Shown here: positions 35,752 to 45,682 of the stretch, in pieces
Position numbering within the stretch: the first letter of the stretch is position 1
Layout: each line of letters opens with the position of its first letter
From: Micavibrio sp.
GTDB taxonomy: Bacteria; Pseudomonadota; Alphaproteobacteria; UBA2400
NCBI GenBank assembly: GCA_040376705.1
Contig: JBEIQE010000001.1
Span: 58,193-122,192 of the forward strand
DNA: 64,000 nt
Direction: 5' to 3'
Program-made: the position numbers and the translations under genes
Notes under the pieces: model-generated
The model's input: the letters and a program-made list of their open reading frames with translations, nothing else
Database searches by the model: none
What the model was told of the DNA's origin: nothing

Positions 35752-36495
35752 ATGAACGACACACTCAAAATCATCGCCGACCATCGCTCGTCCCGCAGTT
35801 ATACCGAGGAGCCCGTTGATGATGCGCTACTTGATGAGCTGATTGCCACCTGCCAGCGCGCGCCGACCTCGGGTAATACGCAGCATGTATCGCTGATGGT
35901 GATTAAAGATCCTGCCAAGCGCGCTAAAATAGCCGAGCTGGCGGGTGGGCAGCCGTGGATTGCGCGGGCGCCAGTCTTCATGGTCATTCTGGTCGATCAC
36001 TACAAAACCGCTCAGGCGATGGAAATTGCAGGCCATCCGCATGTCATACAAGAGCATATCGAAGGTACGATCTCGGCTGTTACTGATGCAGGCATTTTGT
36101 TGGGGCAGCTCATGATTGCAGGGCAGGCGCTAGGCCTTGGAATAGTGCCGATAGGCGCTGTTCGCAATGATGCAGATGCGATGATCGATCTGCTCGAGCT
36201 GCCGCCCAATGTGTTTCCGGTGGTGGGCCTGTGCCTTGGCCATATCAAGAACCCGGCACAGCAGCGGCCTCGTTTACCGCTTGAGACCTTCAGGTTTAAT
36301 GAGCGTTATGGCACACCCGACCTCAAGCCCGCGATCAAGGCGTATGATGACGCGCTGCTGGCGCATTGGAAGCGGGTGGGGCGCGAGGATGGCGAGGCAT
36401 GGACTACGGCCATTACCCATTACAGCGACCACAACTACCGCCCGGCGCTGATGGCTTCACTTTTGCGCCAAGGTTTCAGGTTCGATAAGGGCTAG
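35752..36495 (+). CDS. NfsA-like NADPH nitroreductase family protein
   Basis: HRSSRSYTEEPVDDALLDELIATCQRAPTSGNTQHVSLMVI is a nitroreductase fold signature. The start is refined to MNDTLKI. The ORF track TTG start is at 35725. Confidence 0.8.
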   Translation: MNDTLKIIADHRSSRSYTEEPVDDALLDELIATCQRAPTSGNTQHVSLMVIKDPAKRAKIAELAGGQPWIARAPVFMVILVDHYKTAQAMEIAGHPHVIQEHIEGTISAVTDAGILLGQLMIAGQALGLGIVPIGAVRNDADAMIDLLELPPNVFPVVGLCLGHIKNPAQQRPRLPLETFRFNERYGTPDLKPAIKAYDDALLAHWKRVGREDGEAWTTAITHYSDHNYRPALMASLLRQGFRFDKG

Positions 36496-36630
36496 CGAGA
36501 CAAACAGGGGATATGGGGTGTGAGTTCCTGTTTGGTTTCGGGGCCCGCGTTTTTTGTTAAAATATACAATGATGGTTGACCTCGCCGCCTCTATGTGTTT
36601 GCATCTGCTGGGATATTCAGGGAGAACACC

Positions 36631-36921
36631 ATGAACAAAAATGACCTTATTGAACAGATTGCCGGTAAAACCGGTCTGACCAAAGCTGCCACCAGCGAGG
36701 CTGTAGAAGCTTTGCTTGAGACCATCAGCGTCACCCTCGAACAGGGCGAAGAAGTGCGCCTTACCGGGTTTGGCAGTTTCCGCATGACCGAGCGCAAGGG
36801 CAGTGAAGGCCGTAACCCGCGTACGGGCGAAGTCATCCAGATCCAGCCGTCCAAGAACATCAAGTTCCGCGTTGGTACCGAGCTTAAAGAACGCGTTAAC
36901 AAGCGCCGTTCGGCTGGCTGA
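36631..36921 (+). CDS. HU family DNA-binding protein
   Basis: MNKNDLIEQIAGKTGLTKAATSEAVEAL...GFGSFRMTERKGSEGRNPRTGEVIQI is the HU/IHF beta-arm signature. The refined start has a gggaga RBS. Confidence 0.85.
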   Translation: MNKNDLIEQIAGKTGLTKAATSEAVEALLETISVTLEQGEEVRLTGFGSFRMTERKGSEGRNPRTGEVIQIQPSKNIKFRVGTELKERVNKRRSAG

Positions 36922-37020
36922 TAAGCTGGAAGCTCCGGGGCTCAAAAAGATACGATTCTTTAAAGGGTTGCGCCTTACAACATCCCTGCTAGCCTGTATG
37001 GGCTGAAAGGGATTCTGGTT

Positions 37021-38277
37021 ATGGGTGTAGGTCTTCCCCGCGGGGCTAATACGTCAATTCAGGCTGCAATTGCCCCTGAAAACGGCATTTTCCGCGTGAA
37101 TCTTGAGTATAACGGGGATAATCCTGCGCGTCCGTCGATCGATGCGGTCGCCTTCCTGCTCACCGATACCGGCAAGGTTCGCGGCGACTCCGATATGGTT
37201 TTCTATAACCATAAAACCATCGCCGAAGGCGGGGTGGAGATGCTCGATGGCGCAGATGTCGCCGGCCTGCGCCAACAGCCTTTTATCATCGACCTCAACA
37301 AGCTGCCAGCTGGGATTGTACGCATCTGCTTCTGCCTGGTTGCGGATGGCACCGGTGTGCAGTACATCGCCCAGCTCAGCCGTATGGCCATTCGCCTCAT
37401 GGGTGGCACCACCCGCACCGAGGTTGCCAGTAGCAGCCTTGAGCTGGCCGGCGCCGCCAAGGAAACGGCGCTTGTATTGGGCGAACTTTATTTGCGTAAT
37501 GGCGAATGGAAGTTCAAGTCCATCGGGCAGGGGTATGAGCAAGGTCTGGCTGCTTTGGCGCAGAGCTATGGTATTGTAGTTGCCGAAGCTGCGCAGGCCA
37601 CCGGCACCATGGCCCGCCCTAACGAAACACTGCCGCCTTCAGCGGCTGATCGTTCGGCCATTCCCAAGCAGCGGTTTGACCGGCCGGCTATGGGGTTTGA
37701 CGAAATCGTGATCAATCTGGTGTGGAACGCCACGCCGCCGGAAGAGCCGATAACCGATGCGCCGGTGGCTAAAAAGGGCCTGTTCAGCTCCATCGTCGCG
37801 CCGTCCAAGCCGCGCCCGATCGATCTTGACCTCTGCTGCCTTTACGAGCTGAACGATGGCTATCGTGGCGTGATCTCGGCTTTGGGCGATAATTACGGTG
37901 CCTTCAATTCGGCCCCGTTCATGGAGCTGATGGGTGATGAGCGCAAGGGCACCGGCACCCAAGGCGAGGTTATCCGTATCAACGGTGTGCGCTGGAACGA
38001 AATTACCCGCATTCTTGTTTATGCCATGATTTTTGAGGGCTCGCCTAATTGGGCACTGGCATCGGGGCGCTGCGTTATCCGTGTGCCGGATCAGATGCCG
38101 CTGAACGTGAAGCTCGATCAGAATGTGAACGACAAGCGCGCCTGCACCATTGCCTTGATTGAGAATGATGGCGGCCACATCAGCATCCAGAAGCGGGTTG
38201 AGGCGTTCAAGAACCCGCGCGAGGTCGATCTGTATTACGGTTGGGGGCTGCGCTGGGGCGCAGGCACCAAGGAATAG
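37021..38277 (+). CDS. TerD-domain protein (two-domain, 418 aa)
   Basis: The N-terminal half aligns with the downstream TerD (VAFLLTDTGKVRGDSDMVFYNH...GELYLRNGEWKFKSIGQGY). The C-terminal half is a second, diverged TerD-like domain. Confidence 0.65.
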   Translation: MGVGLPRGANTSIQAAIAPENGIFRVNLEYNGDNPARPSIDAVAFLLTDTGKVRGDSDMVFYNHKTIAEGGVEMLDGADVAGLRQQPFIIDLNKLPAGIVRICFCLVADGTGVQYIAQLSRMAIRLMGGTTRTEVASSSLELAGAAKETALVLGELYLRNGEWKFKSIGQGYEQGLAALAQSYGIVVAEAAQATGTMARPNETLPPSAADRSAIPKQRFDRPAMGFDEIVINLVWNATPPEEPITDAPVAKKGLFSSIVAPSKPRPIDLDLCCLYELNDGYRGVISALGDNYGAFNSAPFMELMGDERKGTGTQGEVIRINGVRWNEITRILVYAMIFEGSPNWALASGRCVIRVPDQMPLNVKLDQNVNDKRACTIALIENDGGHISIQKRVEAFKNPREVDLYYGWGLRWGAGTKE

Positions 38278-38307
38278 AAACAGCGAATTAAACCAGAGGA
38301 GTAGAAT

Positions 38308-38895
38308 ATGCCTGTAGCATTATCCAAGGGCGAAAACGTAAGTCTGACGCGGGAAGCTCCTGACCTTACCAACATTATTGTTGGTCTGGGCTGGAGCCCG
38401 CGCGAAACCGATGGCGAAGATTTTGATCTTGATGCCTCTGCCTATCTGCTCGATGCGGATGGAAAAGTGCCGAGCGATAACGACTTCATCTTCTACAACA
38501 ACCTCGTATCACCCTGTGCCTCGGTGGTGCATTCCGGCGATAATCTGACCGGTGGTGCCGAGGGGGTTGCGTCTGATTCCGAGCAGCTGAAGATCAATCT
38601 GGTGACCCTGCCGCCAGTGATCGAGCGGATTGCCATTTGCGTTTCCATTCACATGGCTGAGCTGCGCCAGCAGAACTTCGGTATGGTGGGCGGGGCTTAT
38701 ATCCGCATCATCAACGACCGCGGTGGCAGCGAGCTGGCCCGTTTCGATTTGAGTGAAGACGCCTCGGTTGAAACGGCCATGATCTTTGGTGAGCTGTACC
38801 GTTATGGTGCCGAGTGGAAGTTCCGCGCTTCGGCTCAGGGCTTCCCGGGCGGATTGGGCGAGCTGGCCCGTCACTTTGGTGTGAACGTCGAATAA
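38308..38895 (+). CDS. TerD family stress protein
   Basis: 195 aa. GLGWSPRETDGEDFDLDASAYLLDADGKV...DNDFIFYNN...GDNLTGG...GELYRYGAEWKFRASAQGF are classic TerD/TerZ signatures. Confidence 0.8.
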   Translation: MPVALSKGENVSLTREAPDLTNIIVGLGWSPRETDGEDFDLDASAYLLDADGKVPSDNDFIFYNNLVSPCASVVHSGDNLTGGAEGVASDSEQLKINLVTLPPVIERIAICVSIHMAELRQQNFGMVGGAYIRIINDRGGSELARFDLSEDASVETAMIFGELYRYGAEWKFRASAQGFPGGLGELARHFGVNVE

Positions 38896-38920
38896 GCCGA
38901 AAGCAGGACAAATAAAAACT

Positions 38921-38950
38921 CCGGCACCTTGCGATGCCGGAGTTTTTTAT
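38921..38950. terminator. Bidirectional rho-independent terminator between terD and amtB
   Basis: aaaactccggcaccttgcgatgccggagtttttt forms a stem, with A-runs on one side and T-runs on the other. Confidence 0.65.
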
Positions 38951-38963
38951 TATGCAGCTTGGT

Positions 38964-40313
38964 TTAAGAAGCCTGCTGCTCGCGGTAACGGGCAAGCTCA
39001 CCATGCTGGCTGTCATCAAGGCCGGCCTTTTCCTCTTCTTCGCTCACACGGAGCTTCATGAAGAGGCCAACTAGCTTGATCAGCACATAGGTAACGATAA
39101 CCGAGTACACAATCACCGTTGCTGTAGCAGCCAGGTTGGCCTTCAGCAGGGCGGTTGAGCCATCCACGAAGTAACCCTGATTGGTCACAGCCGAGTTAAC
39201 TGCTGTGGTGGCAAACATGCCGGTCATGAGCGCGCCTAGAATACCGCCCACACCGTGGCAGCCGAACACGTCCAGCGCGTCGTCAAGGCGGGTTGCGCGC
39301 TTGATCATGCGTGAGGCGAGGTTACACAGCACGCCACCAATAGCACCCATGAACATGGCGCTTTGAATGGTAACAAAGCCAGCTGCAGGCGTGATGACCA
39401 CCAGACCAGCCACCAGACCAACCGCCGAACCTACAGCCGAGGGCTTGCCGTTTACCAGCCAGTCATAAGCCATCCAGGTGAGGAAGGCACAGGCAGCAGC
39501 CACAAAGGTGGTAGCAAACGCATGTGCAGCCAGACCGTTGGCAGCCAGAGCCGAACCAGCGTTAAAGCCGAACCAGCCAAACCACAGCAGGGCAGCGCCG
39601 AGCAGAACCATGCTTACATCGTTCGGGCGTGCGTGATCCTTGCCATGGCCAGCATTACGGCGACCGAAGATGAGCGCAGCCACCAGTGCCGAAACACCAG
39701 ACGAGATGTGCACAACCAGACCACCAGCAAAGTCGAGACCACCAGCAGCGAAGATCCAGCCATCCGGACCCCAAACCCAGTGGGCGATGGGGGCATAAAC
39801 CAAGAGGCTCCACAGGGCCATGATCACCAACCAAGCCGCAAAGTTGATACGTTCAACCAGCGAGCCGATGATGAGTGCCGGGGTAATAATGGCAAACATC
39901 ATCTGGAACACAACGAACAGAATGTGCGGAATGTTGTTGGTTGTACCGTTCAGCACAAAGCCATTGGTATCGACATTCGCGAGCATGAAGTAGGCTTTCC
40001 AGTCGCCAATCCACATGCCGCCTTCGCCAAACGCGAGCGAGTAGCCAACTACAACCCACAGCACGCCCACAATCGCGAGGGCTACATAGTTCTTGAACAA
40101 TGTGGAAACCACGTTCTTGTTTTTCACCATACCGGCGTAGAAGAACGCCAGACCGGGGGTCATGAGCATCACGAGCGCAGCTGACATAAGCAGCCAGGCG
40201 GTGGCACCGGCATCAATAGGAATTGGGGTAGAAGCGGCTGCGGCGTCCTGTGCCATTGCGGCAGAAGGTGCCAATAGCGCCAGTGCGAGCGCATACCATC
40301 GTGATTTGAACAT
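38964..40313 (-). CDS. amtB: Ammonium transporter AmtB
   Basis: Signal peptide plus 11 TM. Amt family signatures include DFAGGLVVHISSG, GAIGGVLCN and GCHGVGGILG. Confidence 0.9.
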   Translation of the reverse strand: MFKSRWYALALALLAPSAAMAQDAAAASTPIPIDAGATAWLLMSAALVMLMTPGLAFFYAGMVKNKNVVSTLFKNYVALAIVGVLWVVVGYSLAFGEGGMWIGDWKAYFMLANVDTNGFVLNGTTNNIPHILFVVFQMMFAIITPALIIGSLVERINFAAWLVIMALWSLLVYAPIAHWVWGPDGWIFAAGGLDFAGGLVVHISSGVSALVAALIFGRRNAGHGKDHARPNDVSMVLLGAALLWFGWFGFNAGSALAANGLAAHAFATTFVAAACAFLTWMAYDWLVNGKPSAVGSAVGLVAGLVVITPAAGFVTIQSAMFMGAIGGVLCNLASRMIKRATRLDDALDVFGCHGVGGILGALMTGMFATTAVNSAVTNQGYFVDGSTALLKANLAATATVIVYSVIVTYVLIKLVGLFMKLRVSEEEEKAGLDDSQHGELARYREQQAS

Positions 40314-40559
40314 GTTTCCGGGCCTCCTAGTAGGTGAGTGTGCTGTTAGTTGATTCTTTCAGCAGTCCCGGGAATTGACCCTAACGGAATGCCGGTTAAC
40401 TGGAGGTTAACGGAATTGATAAAGAGCAAGAGTCGTAGGGACTTAGCAAGCACTTTGTTGCATTGCATATAAAATCAGCCTGCGACTCGATAGATAATTC
40501 CAAAAGCCCTTAACATCAGGGCAGCATCGCTATTTAATGCCGGTTGTACAGGAGACACC

Positions 40560-41738
40560 ATGAGCCAGTCATATCGCGAAGTTACCCATACCGGATATTT
40601 CAAGAATGTGAAGAACGCCTTTGCCGGGCTGCTGTTCGGCTTGCTGTTCTTCATCGGCTCGTTCTTCCTGCTCAGCTGGAACGAGGGCAACTCGGTCAAG
40701 ACGCATGCTGCGCTTAACTGGGCGCAAGCGCAAATGCTGACCGCCGAGCCGCAACCGCTCGACCGCACGCTTGAAGATCGCATCGTCTACTTGGCGGGCG
40801 ATACGACTGTAACACAGCCTATTCTTGATAGTACTTTTGCCGTAAGCGCACCGGATGCGCTACGCTTGCGCCGCATGGTTGAAATGTATCAGTGGCGTGA
40901 AAGCAAAAATACGCGTGAAGAAAACACCTACGGCGGCGGTACCAACAAGGTAACCACGTATACCTATAGCAAGGGCTGGTCAGAGAAGGCCGAGAATTCG
41001 GCTGAATTCCATATTCCTGCAGGTCATCAGAACCCACCCATGCCGGTACGCTCGGAAACACTGAACGCGCAAACCGCAACGCTGGGCGATTATGTGCTCA
41101 CCCCGCGTATTCTGGCTGAGCTTGAGAATTATACGCGTACGGTTATGCCTGCTGCCACCGGCGAGTATCGCGTCATCAACGAGCAGCTCTATAAGGGCGC
41201 AACGCCTGAGGACCCGCAGGTGGGCGATATCCGCGTCAGTTTTGCAGCTGTACCGGCTGATGAAGTCAGCATCATTGGGCAGCAGCGGGGTAACAGTATT
41301 GTCGAGGCCAAGGGCCCAAGCGATCGTAATGTGCTGCTGGTTGAACCCGGTATCCAGAGCGCCGAGAGTATGTTTGATAATGCACACCGCACCGCCAGCC
41401 TGTTGACTTGGGCCATCAGGGCAGGGGGCTGGTTCCTCATGTACCTTGGGTTGGTGCTCATTCTCAACCCGATCAAGATGGTAGCGGGCTTCATTCCCGG
41501 CGCGCGGCCACTGTTGGGTTTTGGTATCGGGCTGGTCAGCGCCATTCTGGCTCTTCTGCTCTCTGGCGTTACTATTGCAATTGCATGGCTGGCTTACCGC
41601 CCGCTGTTCTCGCTTGGGGCGATTGCCACTGGCATTGGCCTGGCCTTTGTGCTGGCCATGTTCCAGCGCGGTAAGTCACGCAGCGCCATTCCTGACCACC
41701 GCCAGAGTGCAGAGCAAGCCGCTATAATACAGCGCTAA
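40560..41738 (+). CDS. Hypothetical membrane protein (N-terminal TM, large soluble middle, C-terminal TM cluster; TMEM43-like topology)
   Basis: 392 aa. There is a TM at about 25-45 and 3-4 TM in the C-terminal roughly 120 aa. No catalytic motifs. Confidence 0.5.
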   Translation: MSQSYREVTHTGYFKNVKNAFAGLLFGLLFFIGSFFLLSWNEGNSVKTHAALNWAQAQMLTAEPQPLDRTLEDRIVYLAGDTTVTQPILDSTFAVSAPDALRLRRMVEMYQWRESKNTREENTYGGGTNKVTTYTYSKGWSEKAENSAEFHIPAGHQNPPMPVRSETLNAQTATLGDYVLTPRILAELENYTRTVMPAATGEYRVINEQLYKGATPEDPQVGDIRVSFAAVPADEVSIIGQQRGNSIVEAKGPSDRNVLLVEPGIQSAESMFDNAHRTASLLTWAIRAGGWFLMYLGLVLILNPIKMVAGFIPGARPLLGFGIGLVSAILALLLSGVTIAIAWLAYRPLFSLGAIATGIGLAFVLAMFQRGKSRSAIPDHRQSAEQAAIIQR

Positions 41739-41796
41739 TCTACAGCGCGTTATCCAGCGCTAATCTACAGCGCATATCCAGCGCCAGTAAAAGCGA

Positions 41797-43275
41797 TTAC
41801 TTGCGCGATCGGGTGAGCACCGCCATCTGGTCGACCACGCCCAGCAGCTTGCTGGCTGTGCGCCAGGCATGGCTGGCCTTTTCGCGCTGTTCCTCGGTAA
41901 TTTCCTTGTTTTGCAGTACCGCGCTGATCGAGCTCATGATGCTGCCCAAGGGGCTGCGCAGGTCATCCGAGATATCCTTGATCAGCTGGCTTTTTGCGGT
42001 TACTGACTGCTCAAGTTTGAGCTTCATCTCGTCCAGCTCAGCTTCAAGGTGCTTGCGTGCACTGATATCGGTGAGCGAGCCTGCCATGCGGATGGCGCGG
42101 CCGTTCTGGTCGCTGATGCTGGCTCCCGAGGCCTTAACCCACAGGTAGCTGCCATCTTCGCGGCGCATACGGAACTCTGCATCATAAGGCAGCTGGTTGC
42201 GTGTATGCGCTTCGAGCTTTTTGGTGATGCGCTCGCGATCTTCGGGATGCAGACGATTCTTGAACTCGCCATATCCGGGCTGGAAGTCGGCATCTTCAAT
42301 GCCCAGCATGGCCTTGAAATGGTCTGACCAGTAGAGCTTGTTGGCGGGGATGTTCCAGTCCCACAGGCCGGCATTCGAGCCTTTAACCGCCAGTTCGTAG
42401 CGCTCTTCGCTTTCGCGCAGCTTGGCTTCGGCTTTTATACGCTCGCTGGTATCACGCAGAATAACCGAGAAGCAGCACTGGCCGTCCAGCATGAACTCGG
42501 AGATTGAGTATTCTGCGGCAAAGCTGGTACCATCCTTGCGGGTGATAATCTCAACCTGATCGGTATGCTCACCTTTAATGGCATGGGCATAGATCACCGG
42601 AATGATTTTGGCGATGTTACTGCCCAGCACCTCAAAGCGGTGATAGCCCAGTACGGTTTCGCAGGCGCTGTTAAAGCCGGTAATCATACCGTCTTCGTTA
42701 AAGGTAATCACGCCTTCACGGATGTTATCGAGTACTGCACGCTCGCGCAGCTGCAGACTCTTCTGCAGACGGTCGTAGAGGTCGATGTTTTCCATCGCAA
42801 TTGAAGTGGCATCAGCCAGAGCCTGTAGAATATGGATTTCCTCTTCAGTTGGCTGACGCAGGTTAGCCCAATAAGTGCCAATCGCGCCGATGGGCGAGGT
42901 CTGGCGAATGGGCACCATGGCCATACTCTTTACAAAGGTGGTGCGGTAGGCATCAACCGGGATGCGCTCATCAGCATAGATATCACCAATAATGGCAGGC
43001 TGTGCGTTCTGCATGACCCAGCCGCTGATGCAGCGGTTCATGAGGAAGCGCTGGCCCTTCCACAGCGGGCTTACGGCTTCTTCATCTGCATAGTAGCAGA
43101 AGTCGGCATCGCGCAGAATAAAGGCCGCACCATCGGCGCCGACAAGGCTGCGGGCTGCACTGCGTACAATCGACATGACACTGCCGATGTCGCGTGTGTG
43201 TGAAAGGTTCTGAATGATGTCCGGCAGCTGACCAATAGCCTCAAGATAGCGTCTGCCTTGTTCTGTCTGTCGCAT
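41797..43275 (-). CDS. GAF-PAS-PAS sensor protein with degenerate DHp (HisKA-like) C-terminus and no ATPase domain
   Basis: The N-terminal GAF is followed by two PAS-like repeats. The C-terminal region reads ISDDLRSPLGSIMSSI, where the canonical H-E-L-R-T-P-L His is replaced by Asp. There is no HATPase_c. Confidence 0.65.
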   Translation of the reverse strand: MRQTEQGRRYLEAIGQLPDIIQNLSHTRDIGSVMSIVRSAARSLVGADGAAFILRDADFCYYADEEAVSPLWKGQRFLMNRCISGWVMQNAQPAIIGDIYADERIPVDAYRTTFVKSMAMVPIRQTSPIGAIGTYWANLRQPTEEEIHILQALADATSIAMENIDLYDRLQKSLQLRERAVLDNIREGVITFNEDGMITGFNSACETVLGYHRFEVLGSNIAKIIPVIYAHAIKGEHTDQVEIITRKDGTSFAAEYSISEFMLDGQCCFSVILRDTSERIKAEAKLRESEERYELAVKGSNAGLWDWNIPANKLYWSDHFKAMLGIEDADFQPGYGEFKNRLHPEDRERITKKLEAHTRNQLPYDAEFRMRREDGSYLWVKASGASISDQNGRAIRMAGSLTDISARKHLEAELDEMKLKLEQSVTAKSQLIKDISDDLRSPLGSIMSSISAVLQNKEITEEQREKASHAWRTASKLLGVVDQMAVLTRSRK

Positions 43276-43500
43276 TTTACCAACCCCGCAAGTTTCTTGT
43301 TCTTATATTTTGATGGTACATCAATGCGAGTTGGATCACCTTGACATTGGTTATTTTGCGCAAAAATTTTTTCATGCGACTTATGCCTGTAAATACAGGC
43401 TTTTTCATGCATCTGGCGATGCATAAAACATCTGATAAACCGAAGATGAATCGATCTTAGTAAAGTGATGAATCAATCTTAGCCAAGAGATGAACCGATT

Positions 43501-44097
43501 TTAGGATTTGCTGCCTACTTCGGTGCATTCAAGGTCGCGCATGAGGCCGTCACGTAAACTATAAACCGCTCCATGTATCTGCAGCTGCTGGCCGCGGGCC
43601 CAGGCACTTTGCACAATCGGGGTAGAGGAGAGGCGTGCAACCTGCTTGCGTACACTCAGGTCGCATAGATGGTTGGCCCTGTCATTTACATCAACAATTG
43701 CTTTCAGTTCGTCTGCATGATGCTGCGCGAGTTCGGCCAGCGGATTGAGCCAGTAGTCGATAAGGCCGAACTTCTGCTTGTCGATAACCGCACGCACGCC
43801 GCCACAACCATGGTGGCCGCACACAACAATGTGTTTTACCTTGAGTACATCCACTGCAAACTGCAGCACTGAAAGGCAGTTGAGATCGCCGGGATTGACC
43901 AGATTGGCCACGTTACGGTGCACAAACACAGCGCCGGGATCGAGGCCGGTAATCACGTTAGCGGGCACGCGGCTGTCCGAGCAGCCAATCCACAGATAAT
44001 TGGGAGCCTGCTGGCCTTGCAGGCGGGTGAAAAACTCGGGGTCAGAGCGCTTACGCTCGGCTGCCCAGAGCTTGTTGCCGTCGAGAAGTTCTTTCAT
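43501..44097 (-). CDS. Beta-class carbonic anhydrase
   Basis: CSDSRV...HRNVANLV...VVCGHHGCGGV are the beta-CA zinc-ligand motifs. Confidence 0.85.
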   Translation of the reverse strand: MKELLDGNKLWAAERKRSDPEFFTRLQGQQAPNYLWIGCSDSRVPANVITGLDPGAVFVHRNVANLVNPGDLNCLSVLQFAVDVLKVKHIVVCGHHGCGGVRAVIDKQKFGLIDYWLNPLAELAQHHADELKAIVDVNDRANHLCDLSVRKQVARLSSTPIVQSAWARGQQLQIHGAVYSLRDGLMRDLECTEVGSKS

Positions 44098-44140
44098 ACG
44101 GCAAGATTAGCAGGTCATTTCAAATTGGCTAGAGCGTGCT

Positions 44141-45175
44141 TTAGGCCTCGGCATCGGGCTTCTGGATGATAACGCCAGTCCAGCCAAGGCCGTTATATTC
44201 CTGATAGCCGATGGTTTTGGCAAAGGCCACGAGGGTACCATCACTCTCATAATAATGGCCTTTGGTTTTACCCTGCGCGTTGAGGACAAAGCTTTGCAGC
44301 ATGCCCTGTCCATCGCTGGCGGCAATCACGCGGTTCTTGTTATCGAGCAGCAGCACGCGGCTACGCTTCCATTCATCAGCCGAGAGGGTAGGCTCACTGC
44401 ATACAATGGTTTTCGATTGTTCCGGCCAGTCGAAGAACACACCGATAACGCCCAGCGTTTCGCCATGTACTTCGCCACCACGGCGCACCGCTGTTGCGTA
44501 AACGGAAACGGGCAGGTTCTCATGCAGGGGGTCGTTGAAGATATCGTCCACCACATATTCATCGCCGCTGCGGGTGGCGATTGCGCCGTTGAACCATTGG
44601 GTGCGGCCCACGCTGGCCCCCATGACGCGCTGGTATTTACCGGCGTTGGAGCAGGCCACTACATTGCCGGTTTTATCAACCAGCACGAGGTTCATATAAA
44701 CCGAGTAGAAGCGGTTGATCAGCGCCAGACGCTTGATGGCGTGTTCGATATTCGCAGGGGTGAGGTCGGCCATGCACTTGTAGAAGGCGTCATCAGTGGC
44801 CCACCAGCGCACGTCGGCAGTGCGCTCGTAAAGATTACGTACAATCAGCTGCACCAGCGTTTGCGCCATTTCCGTCAGGCGGGTGCTGTCGCGCTCGGCA
44901 AACTGGTCCGAGAGCTGGCTGGTCTGGGTCATGATGTCGCCCAGCACGCGGGTACGCAGATCCTTGGAATTCTTGGCCGCCTGAGAGGCCAGTGATTTTA
45001 CCTCGCCCGCAACCACGGCAAAGCCCTTGCCGAAATCACCCGCACGCACGGCTTCAATCGTGGCATTGAGGGCGAGCAGGTTAGTCTGATGGGCGATTTT
45101 CTCGTTGGTAGCGGCAAATTTCTGCACTTCGATCTGAATGGTATCGATAATCTCACGGATTTTGATATTCGACAT
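44141..45175 (-). CDS. MCP signalling-tip fragment fused to C-terminal Cache-like sensor domain (atypical soluble chemoreceptor-like protein)
   Basis: The N-terminal roughly 70 aa read [39 protein letters not shown], the methyl-accepting tip consensus. There is no TM or HAMP. The C-terminal roughly 200 aa have a Cache-like pattern ([11 protein letters not shown]...GVIGVFFDW). Confidence 0.6.
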   Translation of the reverse strand: MSNIKIREIIDTIQIEVQKFAATNEKIAHQTNLLALNATIEAVRAGDFGKGFAVVAGEVKSLASQAAKNSKDLRTRVLGDIMTQTSQLSDQFAERDSTRLTEMAQTLVQLIVRNLYERTADVRWWATDDAFYKCMADLTPANIEHAIKRLALINRFYSVYMNLVLVDKTGNVVACSNAGKYQRVMGASVGRTQWFNGAIATRSGDEYVVDDIFNDPLHENLPVSVYATAVRRGGEVHGETLGVIGVFFDWPEQSKTIVCSEPTLSADEWKRSRVLLLDNKNRVIAASDGQGMLQSFVLNAQGKTKGHYYESDGTLVAFAKTIGYQEYNGLGWTGVIIQKPDAEA

Positions 45176-45454
45176 TGTGAGTTATCTCCCCTGATTCATC
45201 TATGCTGCGCACATCCAACTATGCGTACGCTGCCTTGCAATATGGTTAACGATTGTGACCAATGTTGACTAATATCAATAAAAAAGCCAGCGGCTTGTTC
45301 TTTTTAAACAGCAATACGGGATCTTGCGGAATAATATTACCCAACGGCAGGCGGCTGATTTTATGAGGCTATTCGGCGGTTTTGGCAAGCGCCCGGGCCA
45401 AACGCGGGTTTGTAGTGAGTCTCAGGGCGGTTACGGCGGGGCTTAAGAGCTGTC

Positions 45455-45481
45455 TTGACTTAAACGCGCCAGACCTATAAA
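45455..45481 (+). promoter_or_regulatory. Sigma70-like promoter for tRNA-Gln
   Basis: TTGACT, a 15-16 nt spacer, and TATAAAT end about 15 bp before the tRNA 5' end. Confidence 0.5.
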
Positions 45482-45495
45482 TCAGCCCCCACTGC

Positions 45496-45569
45496 TGGGG
45501 GATCGTCTAACGGTAGGACCACGGACTCTGACTCCGTTTGTCTAGGTTCGAATCCTAGTCCCCCAGCCA
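45496..45569 (+). tRNA. tRNA-Gln (anticodon CUG), CCA-encoded
   Basis: Manual fold: acceptor TGGGGGA/TCCCCCA; D-arm with GG; anticodon stem ACGGA/TCCGT with loop cTCTGac; T-arm CTAGG-TTCGAAT-CCTAG; discriminator G; CCA. Confidence 0.85.
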
Positions 45570-45570
45570 A

Positions 45571-45600
45571 CAAAAGCCCCGCCTCGTGCGGGGTTTTTTG
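45571..45600 (+). terminator. Rho-independent terminator after tRNA-Gln
   Basis: aaaagccccgcctcgtgcggggttttttg. Confidence 0.7.
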
Positions 45601-45682
45601 TTGGCATACGGGCCTGAAGCTGAAGGGCCGGTTGGTTCGACATAACAGTGTGGGGCACTGTTATGCGCGCGGGCCGTCCACC

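Noticed and set aside
39363-40184. 273-aa plus-strand ORF opposite amtB
   Set aside because: It is antisense to the AmtB coding sequence. The translation is compositionally biased.
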